This document shows positions 1 to 58,345 of a stretch of DNA of 64,000 nucleotides, piece after piece. Both the position numbers and the translations under genes were made by a program. This stretch comes from Amoebidium appalachense (taxonomy: Eukaryota > Protista > Ichthyosporea), in assembly GCA_963693365.1 (NCBI GenBank), contig CAVNZM010000015.1, positions 1,984,001 to 2,048,000 on the forward strand, in the 5' to 3' direction. The stretch's first letter is position 1; every line of letters begins with the position of its first letter. Below the pieces are notes generated by a model. It was not told where the DNA came from, did no database searches, and saw only the letters and a program-made list of their open reading frames with translations.

Positions 1-259
1 GGCACCGTAAACCCTCCTCGCAATGATCATTATTCGTATGTTTTAGTCTTTTCACCATCCCTGAGCTCTCAGAGTTATAACGTACATAGATATTTTTCCG
101 TCACATAGTGATTCTTAGCATGAGTCATCTGAATGATGTTTTTGCATGGAAACCTGTTGTTTGAAATTTACATCTGCTTGCAACAGCGAAAAATCAGCGC
201 TCATTCCCGTTTTCATAGCTGTGCTCGTCGCTTTCGACCGCTGAAATTGTTGCTTACAG

Positions 260-21803
<21,544 letters not shown>

Positions 21804-22693
21804 GGGTGGCGGATGGTGATAGGGATTTGGGGTGGTTTGGTCGAATGTTTTGCTTGTTTTGCGTGGTTGTGGTTTTGTTGTGCTGTGTTTTCCGTGACCT
21901 TGTCCCTGTTTCCTTTTCTCATTCCTTGATCTATGCCCATTTTTTTTCCCTTGTGTTTTCCTTTTTATATTCTGTTTTCTGTTTGTTTTTTTGTTTTTTT
22001 GTTTGTTTTGTTTTGTTTTGTTTCGTTTGTTTGTTTGTTTTTTGCCTTTTTGCCTGTTTGGAGGGGAGGGGGAGGGGGGGGGGGATAGTGCTCTCTTGTA
22101 CACATGTGCCTGTGTGTCTGCACCGGCAAGTTCATTGTGCACACGTAAAAGCTTATTGGCATTTCTCTGTCGTCCCTTGGTTTTTGAAACCCTTTAATCA
22201 TTTAAAGATCAAACGGCGGTGCACATTTAAATGGTATGAAGCTGGTGTAATATAGTGGTTCGTTGGCCGTTATTCGATGATTAGTTTTGATTGGCTTCCT
22301 CGTAGATAAATGTTTATAACAATAGGAGAAAGGAAAGTTCTGTAACATCTCAAATTTTAGGAACGAAGAAATGTGATTATCGCAGAAAGACAAATGTACA
22401 GTACTAGGCAGTGGGATTAGTGATTATTCTTGATAAAGACCTCCTCTCTGGAACGGTGCAGGTCAAATAATGGGGTCCGAAAAGTTCCTGTGAAAATGCT
22501 ATCAAATAAACGAAAATTGGTGCCATAAAAAGTCCATCTGTCCGTTTGCCAGGCTGAAGTGAAGTGTAAAGAACAATATTTGCTCCGGCTATTTCATAGT
22601 TGTGTGCTGCCTTCCCCCCCCCCCCCCCCCCCCCTTCTCCACAGTCCCCTCTCCCCTACTGTGACACGCACGCACACACACCCACACACCGTG

Positions 22694-22820
<127 letters not shown>

Positions 22821-23097
22821 CACACGCACACGCACACACACACGCACATGTACACCCACTCACACACAACCACCATCCCAGCAGCGCCTGGAAAAGAGGA
22901 TGAGATGAGAAGGGGAAAAAAATGAGAGAACCCTGAAAGAAAGAACAAACTTTTCCAAATTCTCACGGACAGAAACCACTCTGTACACAGAGCTAAATGG
23001 TTCACGTGGTGCATGGGTGCACTGACTGACTATGTAGGACCATGCGCACGTGTAAAAACAGTGATCACGACACATAAGCACTCACCCTCTCCACCCC

Positions 23098-23150
<53 letters not shown>

Positions 23151-23237
23151 ATAGACGCCACTAGCGCCCCCATCACTATTCACATTATCACCGTTACCCG
23201 TTACCACCGGTTCACTATTATGTAGTATTGGCCTCAC

Positions 23238-23557
23238 CATACTATTGCCACAACCATGTGGAACCAGATGATAAGATCTTTCAATGATTTTAAAGCTCAG
23301 TTGAAAGGCCGAAGTGCTCGATTGAAACCCGGTCCGCTCAAACCTGATAAAAATATGCAAAGTAATTGTGCAAGAGCTGGGGGGCCCAGGGAAATATGTT
23401 CTTGAAGCACTTCAAAGTCTTGTGATAACAACAAAAACAAAAACAGTCGGAATATGGAGTTTCTTTTACAACCCGGCATGCACGTACGTATCTATGACCA
23501 AGGGGTGCAAGGTGACTTTAGCCATGAATACCTAGAGAAGCAGTATTCCGACGCTGC

Positions 23558-23593
<36 letters not shown>

Positions 23594-24028
23594 TTCCCTC
23601 TTGCATGTCCCCCCCCCCCCCCCCCCCCCCTTTCCCCCAAAGTGCACACACAGTGACACACACCCAAATAGTAACCACCATCACAACCGGTACCGCCTCC
23701 GCTTCAACAGTCAGCCTGCGGTAGCAGGCTTGATTAGAAATTAAAGGACTTCCAAGTAATTACATGAAGGAATTTCAAATCTTCATCATCATGATCTAAA
23801 CCGGGTAGAATATCACGACGAGAGTGTCCTTGAGCACAGAGAACCGTACATCAGTACTATTCATAGTATAACGTATGCAGCAAGGGGTGCATGGTCACAA
23901 TGGCCAAGAACATCGGCCGTGTTCAGTATTTGGGTCCTGCCTCCCCCCCCCCCCCCCCCCAAAACAAAAAAAACACACGCACAAAAAAAAAAAAAGAAAC
24001 CCCCCCCCCCCTCCAAAAAAAAGAGCAC

Positions 24029-24089
<61 letters not shown>

Positions 24090-24582
24090 CACACACACAC
24101 AGGCACAAAACCCACACCACACACACAAAACCCACACAACACCCACAAACACACCCTCGCCGTGACACACACACACACACACACATACATACACACACAC
24201 ATGCGCGCATACACACATCACACCCACACCCAACCACCACACCACTACACCACCACCCCGGGCCGGCGAGGGGGGAAAAAAAAGTAGTTAAGGTGAGAGT
24301 TAAAAAAGGCCAAAAGAAAGAGAAGTAAAAGCACAGAAAAGAAAAGAAAATCAGATAGCAAAGAGGAAGAAATACTAGCTTGGTTTTATGGGTATCCATG
24401 GTATAAGTTGTACACAGAACCATAATAGGACAAAGTGTGCCGTTTGCCTGACCTGACAGTATACAAATAAGTGCTATGAATATTACAAGCCACGAAATCA
24501 GAATTGGTGGCCCCCCCCCCCCCCCCCCCCCTCCCTCCCCCCCCCCCCCCCCCCCCCCCCCTCCCCCCCCCCCCCCTCCCCC

Positions 24583-24613
<31 letters not shown>

Positions 24614-24842
24614 GCAATACACACACGTCGCACGCACACAAACAAAAACAACAACACCTTCCACTTGAATGATTGTAATGCCACAAAGCACCATGATGAT
24701 ACATTCACATGCAGTATGCCGTACCGCCTGCATGCCCTGCACACACGTGTACACCAAGGGGGCGATTCAAGCAAAACTAAATATACAGGAGCCATCACTG
24801 GGCTCACCTTTCTGAATTTATTTCTGCCCTATTTAGGGTATT
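23238..24842 (-). CDS. Candidate small internal exons of an unidentified minus-strand gene
   Basis: Three consecutive AG/GT-bounded exons are phase-consistent and open: 23936-23873, 23531-23488, 23343-23238 (TQILNTADVLGHCDHAPLAAY-VFMAKVTLHPLVIDT-FERTGFQSSTSAFQLSFKIIERSYHLVPHGCGNSM). Further candidates near 24451-24413 and 24842-24808. No family recognised. Confidence 0.35.
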
Positions 24843-24906
24843 CTGGGAATGATTGGGGAATGATTAAGAAAAGACTAGTCTTTGATCTTTTTTTTTGTTT
24901 TGTTTT

Positions 24907-24938
<32 letters not shown>

Positions 24939-25396
24939 GGGGGGTGGGGGGGGGGGGGGGGGACGAGGGGGGGGAGAGGGGGCTGAGGGGGGAAGACCCC
25001 GGAGGAGAGGGGGGAGGGTTGTTCACCCCTTAGGCTACGAAGTCAAAGCCTAGATCTAGAGGCACTTTTCTTGATCTGTTGATAAAAACCGACAAAAGCT
25101 GGCCCGCCCTTTTACAACCCCCCCCCCCCCCCCCCCCCCCCCCCGGCATGCGCGACCCCCTCTCCCAAACACACATACACGCAATCGAACGAAGAAGTAA
25201 AAAAACACCCTCGATCCCCCTTGTGCCCTTGTCTTAGTGGATCACACCGCCCTCATAGTGTACCACTGGACCGCGGGTTTTTCTAGACCTTTAGTTTGCT
25301 TGCGTGTGCCGGGAAGGTAGGTGAGGCTACTTCACCGGAAACGAAACGATATATATTTATATATATATCTGAGTGTGTGCGTTTGTGCGTGTGTGT

Positions 25397-25449
<53 letters not shown>

Positions 25450-25736
25450 GGCTATGTGTATGGTAATACTGGAAGGCGTATTTATTTTTCTCTAGTCACC
25501 ATTGCACCATAAAATACAGAAGTATGCTACTAATTTCGGAAGTAATTTAAAGGAACAAACGGTTGGCTGATCTCGTTCAACAGCGTAGCAAAACCACTGT
25601 TCTTGGTTGTGTGACGATTATGGCTGCATTACCGTGGAATCGGACAAGAAGGCTGCAGTTTAGGCCGCCTTGAATTAAGAACATACTACCATTACCTATT
25701 TAAACCTTTAACACTTTCACTACAGAGGCTCTTAAT

Positions 25737-26159
25737 TCAATCCTCTCCATCAGAAAACAGTGACCCCCCGTTAGCCTGAAACCTCACAAGAGCACCCGAT
25801 TTCCTCCGAACCACAAAGTATTTTGCCATGTCGGGCCTCAAAGCCACAGTATCCCTGTTGGCAGGGCCATCAGCAACCACGTACTCATTTCTAGCATAGT
25901 AATACTTGCCCGAGTTGTCCATTCCTGGTCTTTCCAATGCAGGAAGCTCGTGTTTTTTGCTCTCTTCCTCCAGTCGTATGGTAAGGTCTGATGCTATGAT
26001 GCTTACTCTGTTCGGTCTTTGCATGCTTTTCAATGTTCTTTTCCATGCTGCTGTTGCCCCTTCCTCCACACCAGACGGCTGCTGGAGATACCACGGGCCA
26101 TCTGAGCCTGGCCTCTGCTCAAAGGTGGCCATCGTGGGAAAAAGGCGCGCTGTTCCCAC
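25737..26159 (-). CDS. Hypothetical protein (131-140 aa; first ATG at MATFEQ), possibly the first exon of the minus-strand gene
   Basis: Non-repetitive ORF with natural amino-acid composition in a region free of microsatellites. No recognisable domain. Confidence 0.4.
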   Translation of the reverse strand: MGTARLFPTMATFEQRPGSDGPWYLQQPSGVEEGATAAWKRTLKSMQRPNRVSIIASDLTIRLEEESKKHELPALERPGMDNSGKYYYARNEYVVADGPANRDTVALRPDMAKYFVVRRKSGALVRFQANGGSLFSDGED

Positions 26160-26374
26160 GTAAGAACCAGTTTAAAGGTGCTGGTTGGTCCAGCGGATTA
26201 AACAGCAGCTATGTACAGAAGAGGGGCTGGTTGGGGTCGGCGGTTAATCCGTGCCGTAAGGCTCCGAGACCTGATGTCGAATTCACCGTTTTATGAGCAT
26301 GCACACATCACAACCCTACTTCACAAAGTTTTCGGTTTGTTGAGGAGCTAGGCCCTGGCTGATCTCTTGCATGC

Positions 26375-26452
26375 GTTTTCGTTGTTTTATGGAGCTTACG
26401 TGGAGTTCGTATACGTTTCCGTTGTTTTTTGGAGCTTACGTGGAGTACGTAT
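26375..26452. repeat. About 40-bp tandem duplication upstream of the minus-strand ORF
   Basis: gttttcgttgttttatggagcttacgtggagttcgtat / gtttccgttgttttttggagcttacgtggagtacgtat. Confidence 0.8.
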
Positions 26453-27452
26453 TGTGAATGGATGTGTCTAACAACCATCTCGCGTTCGTCTTCAAGTTTT
26501 TTTCAGGTTGGTTCAAGTTACTCAAGTATCAACATGGCATGCCACCAAAACTAAGTTCTCAGGTGTTGGTTGCTGTCCAAAAGTAGACGAACAGAAGTGC
26601 CTTTAAGCCAGTTCTACTGGCAGATAATGTGAGCTAATGTTTGCTAGTGAATCATGTCATGGGTAGCTAGTTTGGAAGACCGATTTTGCAAGGCTTCAAC
26701 TTTCGTTTCTCGTATGCCCTTCCCGCGGATTCCGCACTAAATACAGGAATGTATTTCACTAAAATGCATTCCTCTGATTGGTTAATGCAGCCCATCGATT
26801 TGAATTTCTACACCCTGTGTCATTAGTGCGACTGTTTTGGTTGGTTCTATAAAGTCACAAAAACTTGGCTCCACCACCGTACGCGTGCCTCCCGTAACCA
26901 GCACGCTGACTCCGAGAGTCTGAGCCTCTGTGTTGCAGAGCACTACGCTTGAGCTAACTTGCGAGCATGCATGTCAAGGTCTCCTACAACATGAGCATAG
27001 TATGGTGTGCTTATTACTGCAAGCTTTCAAAGGCGTTCATGTTGCGTTGGTTTCAGACCACCCGGCTGCCTGGCTTAGACAATCGGTTCCTTTGCATCTG
27101 CCACAGATGGACAGGCAAGACTTCAAGTGCAGTCGCCTAATTCCTCACGCAAGTCTGTGCTGCTTGTACGCAGGTGCCAATTTATGCCACTGATCCTTTT
27201 TGGTGTCACTTTTATGGCTTTAACCAAACTAGACAGTCCTTCACCTCTCCCTCTCCGCCTCCCTCTCCCTCTCTCTCTCTCCCCCTCCCTCCCTCCATCC
27301 CTCCCTCCCTCGCACACACACCGTCACAGACACACCCGCACTCCCTCTCTAAATCTATCCCTCTCAATCTCTCTTTCCCTCTCTTTCTCTCCCCCCCCCC
27401 CCCCCTCTCTCACCCCCCCCCCCTCTTTTTCTCTATCCCGTGCTCTCTCTCT

Positions 27453-27555
<103 letters not shown>

Positions 27556-27683
27556 CCTCTCGATATCTCCCTCCCCCCCCTCCCTCCCTCCCTCCCTCTC
27601 CCACACTCCCTGGATCCTTCCCTTTCTTCCGTGTTTCTCTCGATCTCGGTGTGTGGGTGTGTTGTTCGTACTGCATGTGTGTG

Positions 27684-27735
<52 letters not shown>

Positions 27736-29673
27736 CGCGCGTGTGTGTGTGCCATGTCACCATGCTATCTGAGAAGTATCTGTGTTTGTGTAAGCTTGCG
27801 TGCTTACTCGTGCGTGCTTGCGTGCATGCGTGTGCGTGTGTATGTGTGTGTGTGTGCCTGGTGTGTGTGTGTGTGTGTGTGTGTGTGTCTGTGTGTGCGT
27901 GTGTGTTTGTGTTCATCTGTGTCTGTGTCTGTGCCTCTGTGTGTGAGAGAACGATAAAACCTAAATGCAACCAGTATTATGAGTGCCGGGCAAGCTAAGT
28001 GTCTATATGTTCTTATCAAAATACCCAACGTAGTCCAATTTTTTTCTCAAAAGTGAAACGTCCGCGATCCCCTGCGTTGTGTGTATTCTATTGTGACTGC
28101 CTTTTTGTCTGTGTCATACCCTTCACAGGCCGAGCTACTAATATGTCGCTAGCTAAGGAAGACTCACCCACAAAGACTGCCATAATGCTGCTTCTTCCCT
28201 CTCCAACCTTCTCCCTCCAACACACACACACACACACGCCCGCGTGCGCGTACACATGCACGCAAGAAATCATTCACGCCTACACACACACACACACAGA
28301 TGGACGTGTCGACCTAGCTCGTTGCCACACCCGAATATTGGCGCACATGAGCTCGAGTTCGTACGTACACAAACACACAAAGATACACACGGACACACAC
28401 GGACACGCGCAACACCACCATACAAAAGAGAGAAATTGTGTATGTGTGTGTGTGAAGCTAAGCGAAAGGATGAAAGTGAGGGGAGAGGAGGGGGGGAGAG
28501 GGGGGGGGGGAGGGGGGAGGGGGGAGGAGTCTCGGGGAGAGAGATTTAGAAAGGGAGAGGGGGGGAGAGTGGGTGAGATCACTCTAACACAAGTGGTGCA
28601 GCTCTGTCTCATATCAAAAATTAGTGCTCAAGCCATTTAACTGGCTTGCATCAAACAATTAATATTACATAATTTTTTTTGGCTCGGTGTTTGTTCGTCA
28701 ACTTTAGTCCAACATGATTGTTGCTTGAGTTCGTTTTTTTGTTGCTATGCACCTTCTGGTGCGCACGGTGCTTGTTCAACCAATCAAAACGATGATGCAT
28801 TTTTAACCAATCACAAAAGGGATTGCAAGTTTAGGGAGACACAGTTTCAGATTCGTGGCTCAGCCTACCTGGCAGCTCAGCCCTGCTGTGCAGAGTTCCT
28901 GAGCTCTTGCTCATGTTTCTTGTCATTTCGTGCGCAATAACATATATAAGTTTTCTTATGCTTTAGAACCTCTAGCCAATACTTTTAAGTTCATATGTTT
29001 TTGCCAGATACATGAACATCATCATTATTGATCAATGATCTGGCATTCTTCCTAGACTCTCTGTCAACCAATCATCTGCGACCTAATCATTCTGTGTGTG
29101 TTGCCGAAACGTTTTTTGTGTCTGTCACCCTTGAAGTTTCGGTTTTGAGGCCCCCGCCACCAGCCACCAGCCTTTACGAGTCTTTTTTCTTCTCTTCACG
29201 AGTAGAGTGATGCTTTGGTTCGAGCAGAAACGGTTTCTAACTTTAAACCTACACTGTATGTCTAGGAGTGAGATGAACAACCACCTATTTTGTCTCCTTT
29301 AGCTAAGATTTCCCACAATCTTCCCACAAGATTGACATGCATCGATCTTAGGTCGGTCTTTTCAAGAAATGGACATGAGAAGGGTTTATAAGAACTAATA
29401 CCAATGCACCGATTCAAAAAGCAACGAGCAAGGTTAACTTCCATGTAAAAGTGTATACAATCACAAATCACGGTTTACACTTGTACTCTCGGCATGCATG
29501 CATGGATCTCACTGACAGACTAAAGGTGTCCCCTACATCTTCCCGTCCCGGCAATCGCAAGGACATGCCCCACAGGGTTCTAAGTTCATTGTTTGAAAAC
29601 TGATATCAATAAGTTTGACACATACACACATTATAATATATTGTAATTAAACTATAGTAGAGAGTCGCCCACC

Positions 29674-44150
<14,477 letters not shown>

Positions 44151-44619
44151 TACTCCATAAACCTGATAAATTACTTGGTGTCTGATGCTTGATAATGCTT
44201 CTAAAATATTAGGTGTTCGATACTTGATAAAATAGCTTATATAAATAGGTTGCTATCACGTGTAAGGCATTTGAATTGTGTAGCACCAGTGGTGGGATGT
44301 ATTACGACGTTTACGACGGTGGGCAAGGACGGCTGAGCTTTCAGAAGCTATCTTCTGCTTCTTTATACTTTAATTTTATTTTCCCGTTGTTTTAGGGAGG
44401 GGGGGGGGGGGGGGGGGGGCTGGGGGCAGGGGGTGGGGAGGGGTGGGGAGGAGAGGAGGGGCAGAAGGGAGGGGGAGGGGGGGGGGGGGGGGGGGGATAG
44501 GCAAAGGCTCAAGCAAGGAGTGCGTATGATAGAAAGAAATGCTAATTAGGGCGGCATGATTGGAGGAGCCTAGGGGGTGGAGACGGTTTATTGGTGAGGT
44601 TATACAAACGTGTTAGAAG

Positions 44620-45040
44620 CAGGGCTGTTATGGCTCGGCTAGCCAGCCGGCTAGCCAGCCGGAATCCTCCTCAGCCGAGCCACGCCGAAATCGCTCCGGA
44701 AGGCGGCTTGGCTGGAATCCCCCCAACCCTTCTCCCAGGCGTGGTCTATCCCACTTTCTGCCAATCATAAAAAACAATTTTTGTCTATATAAAGGCTTTT
44801 GAGATCAATTTTACCGGCGGAATTGAACCAGGAAAATGACTTTTAGTTCAGGTTCAGTTTCATGGGAAAAGATAAGAACTTTAAAAGACTAAATCGTAAT
44901 TTTATCTTTTAAACATACAATTTAATATACTAAATTCGGTATTTTAAAGTTTTAACGTCCAGCCGGCTAGAGCCGGTTAGCCAGCTGCGATAGAGGGTTT
45001 AGCCAGCTGAGCCAGCCAGAATCCTGATTTAACAGCCCTG
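44620..45040. mobile_element. Non-autonomous hAT-type DNA transposon (MITE), 421 bp
   Basis: Perfect 11-bp TIRs CAGGGCTGTTA / TAACAGCCCTG. Perfect 8-bp TSD GTTAGAAG at 44612-44619 and 45041-45048. Subterminal AGCCAGCC/GGCTAG motifs at both ends, AT-rich core, no ORF. An 8-bp TSD with CAGGG termini is typical of hAT. Confidence 0.92.
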
Positions 45041-46921
45041 GTTAGAAGACAACAATTTTGGATTCACGGATAAAACAAGTTTCAAAGCCCACACACGCTG
45101 ACCCTATTTTTCAGGTGGTTGCAGGGGAGGTAGTCCTTGTAGCAGAGACAGACACTTGTATGGACCAACACGATCATGACTACGAGACACTGAATACACT
45201 GGTGGAACACTGTGTTCAGGTGGGGTATACGGTTGTAAGTCTAACCATTCCTGGGATGGGGGGGAGGTGGGGGGAGGGGGGAGGGAGGGAGGGAAAGCCG
45301 GGGGGGGGGGGGGGGGGAGGTGGAGGGGTTGGGGGGGGTGGAGGGGGGAACATAAGGCCAAATAGCGATAACGCTGGGACGGGCCAGGGAATCAATAAAC
45401 TGAAATCTGACAATCTGATTGGGACCGAGAATCCTCAAAAAATTCCGAGCCATTTGATTGGAACCGAGGTTCCCTTCAAAGTTTTGGGTTACAACTATTT
45501 TGCCAGATGGGGAAGGGGGGAGAGGTCACGAATGCGGGGTCTATTTTTTAGGTTGTGATGTTCGAGAATGTTCGGTTGTGCACGTTTTTGTTTTTTTGCT
45601 TTGTATGTGCACAGATCTAGAGCCACTATGTGGAACAATCACACAAGCAATGGGCGGGGGTGGGGAAGGGGGGGAGGGGGGGGGATCCGGCTTTACCCCC
45701 ATCATCAGACCCTCGAGCCCCATCTCTTGCCTTCAGCTATCTCTTTGGGCACTGCACGAATTGCACGAATTGAATGTGTCGGCCTTCTTCCTGTCTTTTT
45801 GTGTCAATACACTTCTTAGCACTTATGTTGCACTATACAGTGATCTGGGAGATAGTCACAACAGGTGTTCTCTGGCCATGGATCCACGCAGAATCACAGT
45901 TACTGACTGCACTAATCTGCTATGAATACCAACCTCAGGACGTGCTCTCTGAAGGCTCCTCAACACCAACGGAAGAGCGGCAGTGAGCATATAAATATAC
46001 CTGAGTGGACACGATATGGCTGCTGAACCAGCGCAGAAATTCAATCAGCGCGGTATGAGGAAAGAGTATATTTTGGCTCTCATTTGGCTGTCTTATGTGG
46101 TATCAGATATCTTCTGGCTAGCCTAGATGCATTTTGAGGTCGTGGTTGTGAAAAAAGGTGGCCATGGGTGTGTGGCAGTTACAAGTGCAAGTATGCTGAT
46201 ATGAATGTGTTTCTGATGTGAGACCAGCTCCTTCGAAGTTATGTTGAATAGGATTAGTAATTCACTTTTCAACTTAAACTTCAAACGTGTGGAATACTAT
46301 GTAAGTTAATTGTCCTAATTAGGCGGCAATGGCTTTCTGCCTCGGAGTCGCGACTGTCTAGCTATGAGAGCGTTCATACTTGTTATTATCATGATTTTGT
46401 TGAGAGCCCCAATGAAGACTTGTCAGACTGAATGTAATGTAGTGGTCAAATTTAAAACACATAATATTCCATAGCCTAAGTGTACGTGCTCTAATTTAAT
46501 GGTGGTATCTAGCTACATATTCGTTATCTCAAGTGCACGTGCACACACTGACTACGGACGTACCAATACACACATCCTGATTTGCAATGATGATGTTGCA
46601 ACATGTCATGTTTTGGTGGCTTCTGGACCGCGATACACATGGCAGCCCACTACATACCCTAATGTTAGTGAGGCTGGCAGCCACACCGTCACACTTTCAT
46701 ACGCTGATATGCACAGAGTCGCTATATTCACATACGAACTTTCATTCTCAAACTATCACAAGTACATACACTGTGTCATGTGCAGGATCACTGTGTACAC
46801 GCCTGTTCACGCAAGTTTCAAATCCTGAATTGGCATTTTGTGTTGGGAACGTTTACTACGCACTATTGATTTGAGTTGCCAACTAGAGGGCCCGGGAGGA
46901 GGTGGAGGAGGAGGAGGGGGG

Positions 46922-46961
<40 letters not shown>

Positions 46962-47061
46962 GCCTCCGAGGGGACACGGACGCCAAAGCGTAGTATGTAG
47001 TCCAGGCTGGCCACTCAGTGTGCCATACATGCCATATGCCCCTCCCTTTCCCCCCCTCCGA

Positions 47062-47122
<61 letters not shown>

Positions 47123-47299
47123 ACACCCCCCCCCCCTCCACCCCCCCCCCCCCCCCTGGCCCCCCTTTTCCTCTTAAGCTAAATAAGTATGATCGAGGTG
47201 AACGAAATGAAAACCCTATGCCCGTTTTATAAAGGCTTTTAGAGTCTGCTTTGAAATCTTCTATAGTACAGTGTGCATGCACGTCTTGGGACCGAATCC

Positions 47300-47422
47300 T
47301 GACGTCATCAAGTACCAATGCAAAAATAACCGCGCGGTGTTCCGATTGGTTGCTCTGTTTATCCTGACCTATATTTAGACAGGTTTAGATTGCTTCTCTA
47401 CTATTGGATGTTTTGTACCAAT
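47300..47422 (+). promoter_or_regulatory. Possible promoter motif cluster upstream of the S41 peptidase gene
   Basis: TGACGTCA palindrome at 47300-47307 and CCAAT/ATTGG boxes at 47315, 47345, 47403 and 47418, about 0.75 kb before the ATG. Motif match only. Confidence 0.3.
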
Positions 47423-48139
47423 CATATCATACTAAGTCATTTGGAATTCCAGTGGAATGCTTGCATAAAGGTGTAAACAAAGTTTATAGCAGTAATTGTT
47501 CACTGTAGGATGCTTGAATTCATTAAAGGCTTATTAGTTGTATAAATGTACGTATACATATGGCAATTCATTACTTGCAAAGTAAACCTGGTGGAACCAA
47601 CAGCCCTTTGGGGATGGCGTTTGTCAAATCAAGCAACTCGATAATTTAAATTCTGAGCCCGTGTCACGCCGTGTGTTCAAGGCACGTGTGCTGTCAGTGA
47701 TAATCCAATGACAGACATGACGACATCACATATACAACACAAAACTATTGTTGTTTCGTGTTATTCAACACCTCTGTTGCCATAACGACACAACGAGGCG
47801 AATCCAGCGGTGTAGTTCGTTGAGTGTGTCTTTCGAATTCGCCAAGCTTATAATTAGTTTCCAGGGCCCTACTATCACTCATCGGCACACACACGTAGCA
47901 TTGCGTCCGTGAACGAGCGAACTATTGATACTGCATGCACGAGTTGTTTTAGTGGTGACAAAATTCTTTTCTTCTAAGCGTGCATGCAAGACAGCAGCCG
48001 TTGATCCAATTCTACTAGTAATTTTCACATACTTCTTATTCCACACCACCGTCATTTGGGTGGTCTTTCTCATTTTCACGGTGTGCATTTCAAACATACA
48101 CATCCATTTTATGCATACAAAAAATTTCGTTTAACCAAG

Positions 48140-56317
<8,178 letters not shown>

Positions 56318-57544
56318 GGGGGGATGGCGTAAGTTGGGGAGAGGGGTTATGGGAAGGAGAAATATGTTTTGTTGCGGTTGTAAGTATCGAGGTGTGAAGC
56401 ATAAGACGAAAAACACACTGTCGAAAGGGGTTTTGTTAAATAGAAAGTTTTGGAGCGAAAGATTGTTAAAAAGAAAGTTTTGGTGTTTCCCTTTTTTTTC
56501 TTTGTACATAATGTTGCGTGTGAGTTAGCTTGTTGAATACACACATGACACGCGCACTGTCTTTTTACAACCATGTATCGTTTTTCTTTATTGAACGCAC
56601 CTATTTCGAACCTTGGCTGAAAGAAGAGATGTCGCTAAACTCGAAGCGTGTCACTGTCAGATCTTTTCTTTTACGCTTTGATAGGCGCCGGTTTGCTATC
56701 AAGTTAGGTAAGTTTTGTAAAAACCCAAATCATGTTTGAGCCTCTCACTGTGTGTGGCCACTCAGAGATATGTGATATTGTTCCTCATTTTTTTTTGTTG
56801 TTTTATAAAATAATGCTGATCACGAGGTCTTCTGCACCTAATTTTATTACTCTGCGCCGCCATAATGCAGACCAGGCCTATACTATGATGAAGCACCACC
56901 CAGAGTCTCCCTGCACGGCCGAAGCGCACGGATGATGATACGACGGGGGGGGGGGGGAGGAGGAGGGGGGAGGGAAGGGAGGAGGTTAAGACAGACCGTG
57001 TGTCACACAGTGCATGCGCATGGAAGAGAAGATGGTGAGGGAGTGAGAACTTAGGGAGTGGGAGCAGGAAATGCCCGAGAAAGAGAGAGAGAGAGACTGC
57101 CTTTCTCTCTCTCTCTGTGTGTGTGACACTGCTGACTCAGAGAATGAAGAGAAAAAGTGGGGGGGGGGGGGGGGGGGGGGGGGAGAAGAAGGTCCCGGGG
57201 GCCGGGGGAAGGGGAAGGAGAGAGCCCTGCCGGAAAGGGAAAGAGGGAAAGATTGTGCATGTGAGAGACAGTGGTCTAGTGAATGAGAGGGGGGAGGGTG
57301 GGGGAAGAGAATAAAAAAAAAAGGGGGGGGGGGGGGGGGGGGGGGGGGGGCGGGAGGGGGGGATCCGAGATCGAGGGAGGCTCATCATGGTCAGGAGGAA
57401 GTGAGGTCTGATCTCGGAGAGAGAGAGAAAGCATAGCCTAAAAGCAAACCGAGCTCCAATCAACCTTTGCTCATGCATGGAGAAGGCCCTGGGAGGATGT
57501 GAAGGATAGAGATCACGAGAAAGAAGTGTTGTGTGCGTTTTTTT

Positions 57545-57583
<39 letters not shown>

Positions 57584-57719
57584 AGGGGGGGGGAGGGGGG
57601 GGAGGGGGGGGAAGGGGGGGAGGGGCGGGTGGCGGGGAACACTGCAGTGCTGCACTTTCGATTCAATCAATAATTTTACCCGCAAGGCGAGAATGCACAC
57701 GGTCACAGAAAGAACCAAT

Positions 57720-58345
57720 TACATGCTATTCTTAGAATCTTAGTACTCGTATGCATACCAGAATAAGACTGAGCTATTCCGCCAGTATTATTAATTCTAG
57801 AATCTGCTCACACGCAGTAAATACTATACTAGAAATAAAGAAAACGAACTAGAAGATAGTAAACTATGACTTTTTCCAACTCTCAAATAGGCATATATCT
57901 TGTACATATACTTATAAGCAGTTTATAAAAAGAAACACATATAAATAAATATACTCGCAGACTCCGCTATGAATCGGAGGCTCTGAGCACAAAGCCGGCA
58001 ACCACAATCAGCACCATTCACCTCTACTTAGGCCCCCAGAGGGGCAGCTAGAACCCATCCATGGCTTCTCAGGACGTATCCATGTTCCCGGACCCTCCTG
58101 GGACACTGCTTGGGAGCCGCAAACGTGTTACACGGGAAGGAGAATCCCCAGATAAGCGGTTAACGAAACAGAGCCGGGCGGAACAGGTTCCCTAGTTCCC
58201 GAGGTTAAAGCGTCACCGGGCCGCGCCGCCAGCCAGTAGTTTTATTACGAAAGAACAACTGCAGTTGATACCCGAGAAGGCTAGGAAATCTGTGCTCAAA
58301 CTTATGGCGCATCATGAGCATCCTACGCGTAAAGATGGGAGGAAC
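57720..58345 (+). mobile_element. Unrelated segment (AT-rich block plus decayed ORF from ATG 58061 with internal TAG) abutting the truncated S41 paralog; possible retroelement remnant
   Basis: Similarity to S41 copy 1 begins abruptly at about 58346. The upstream frame reads MASQDVSMFPDPPG...EQVP*FPRLKRHR...QLQLIPEKARKSVLKLMAHHEHP, with no homology to copy 1. No terminal repeats were found. Confidence 0.3.
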
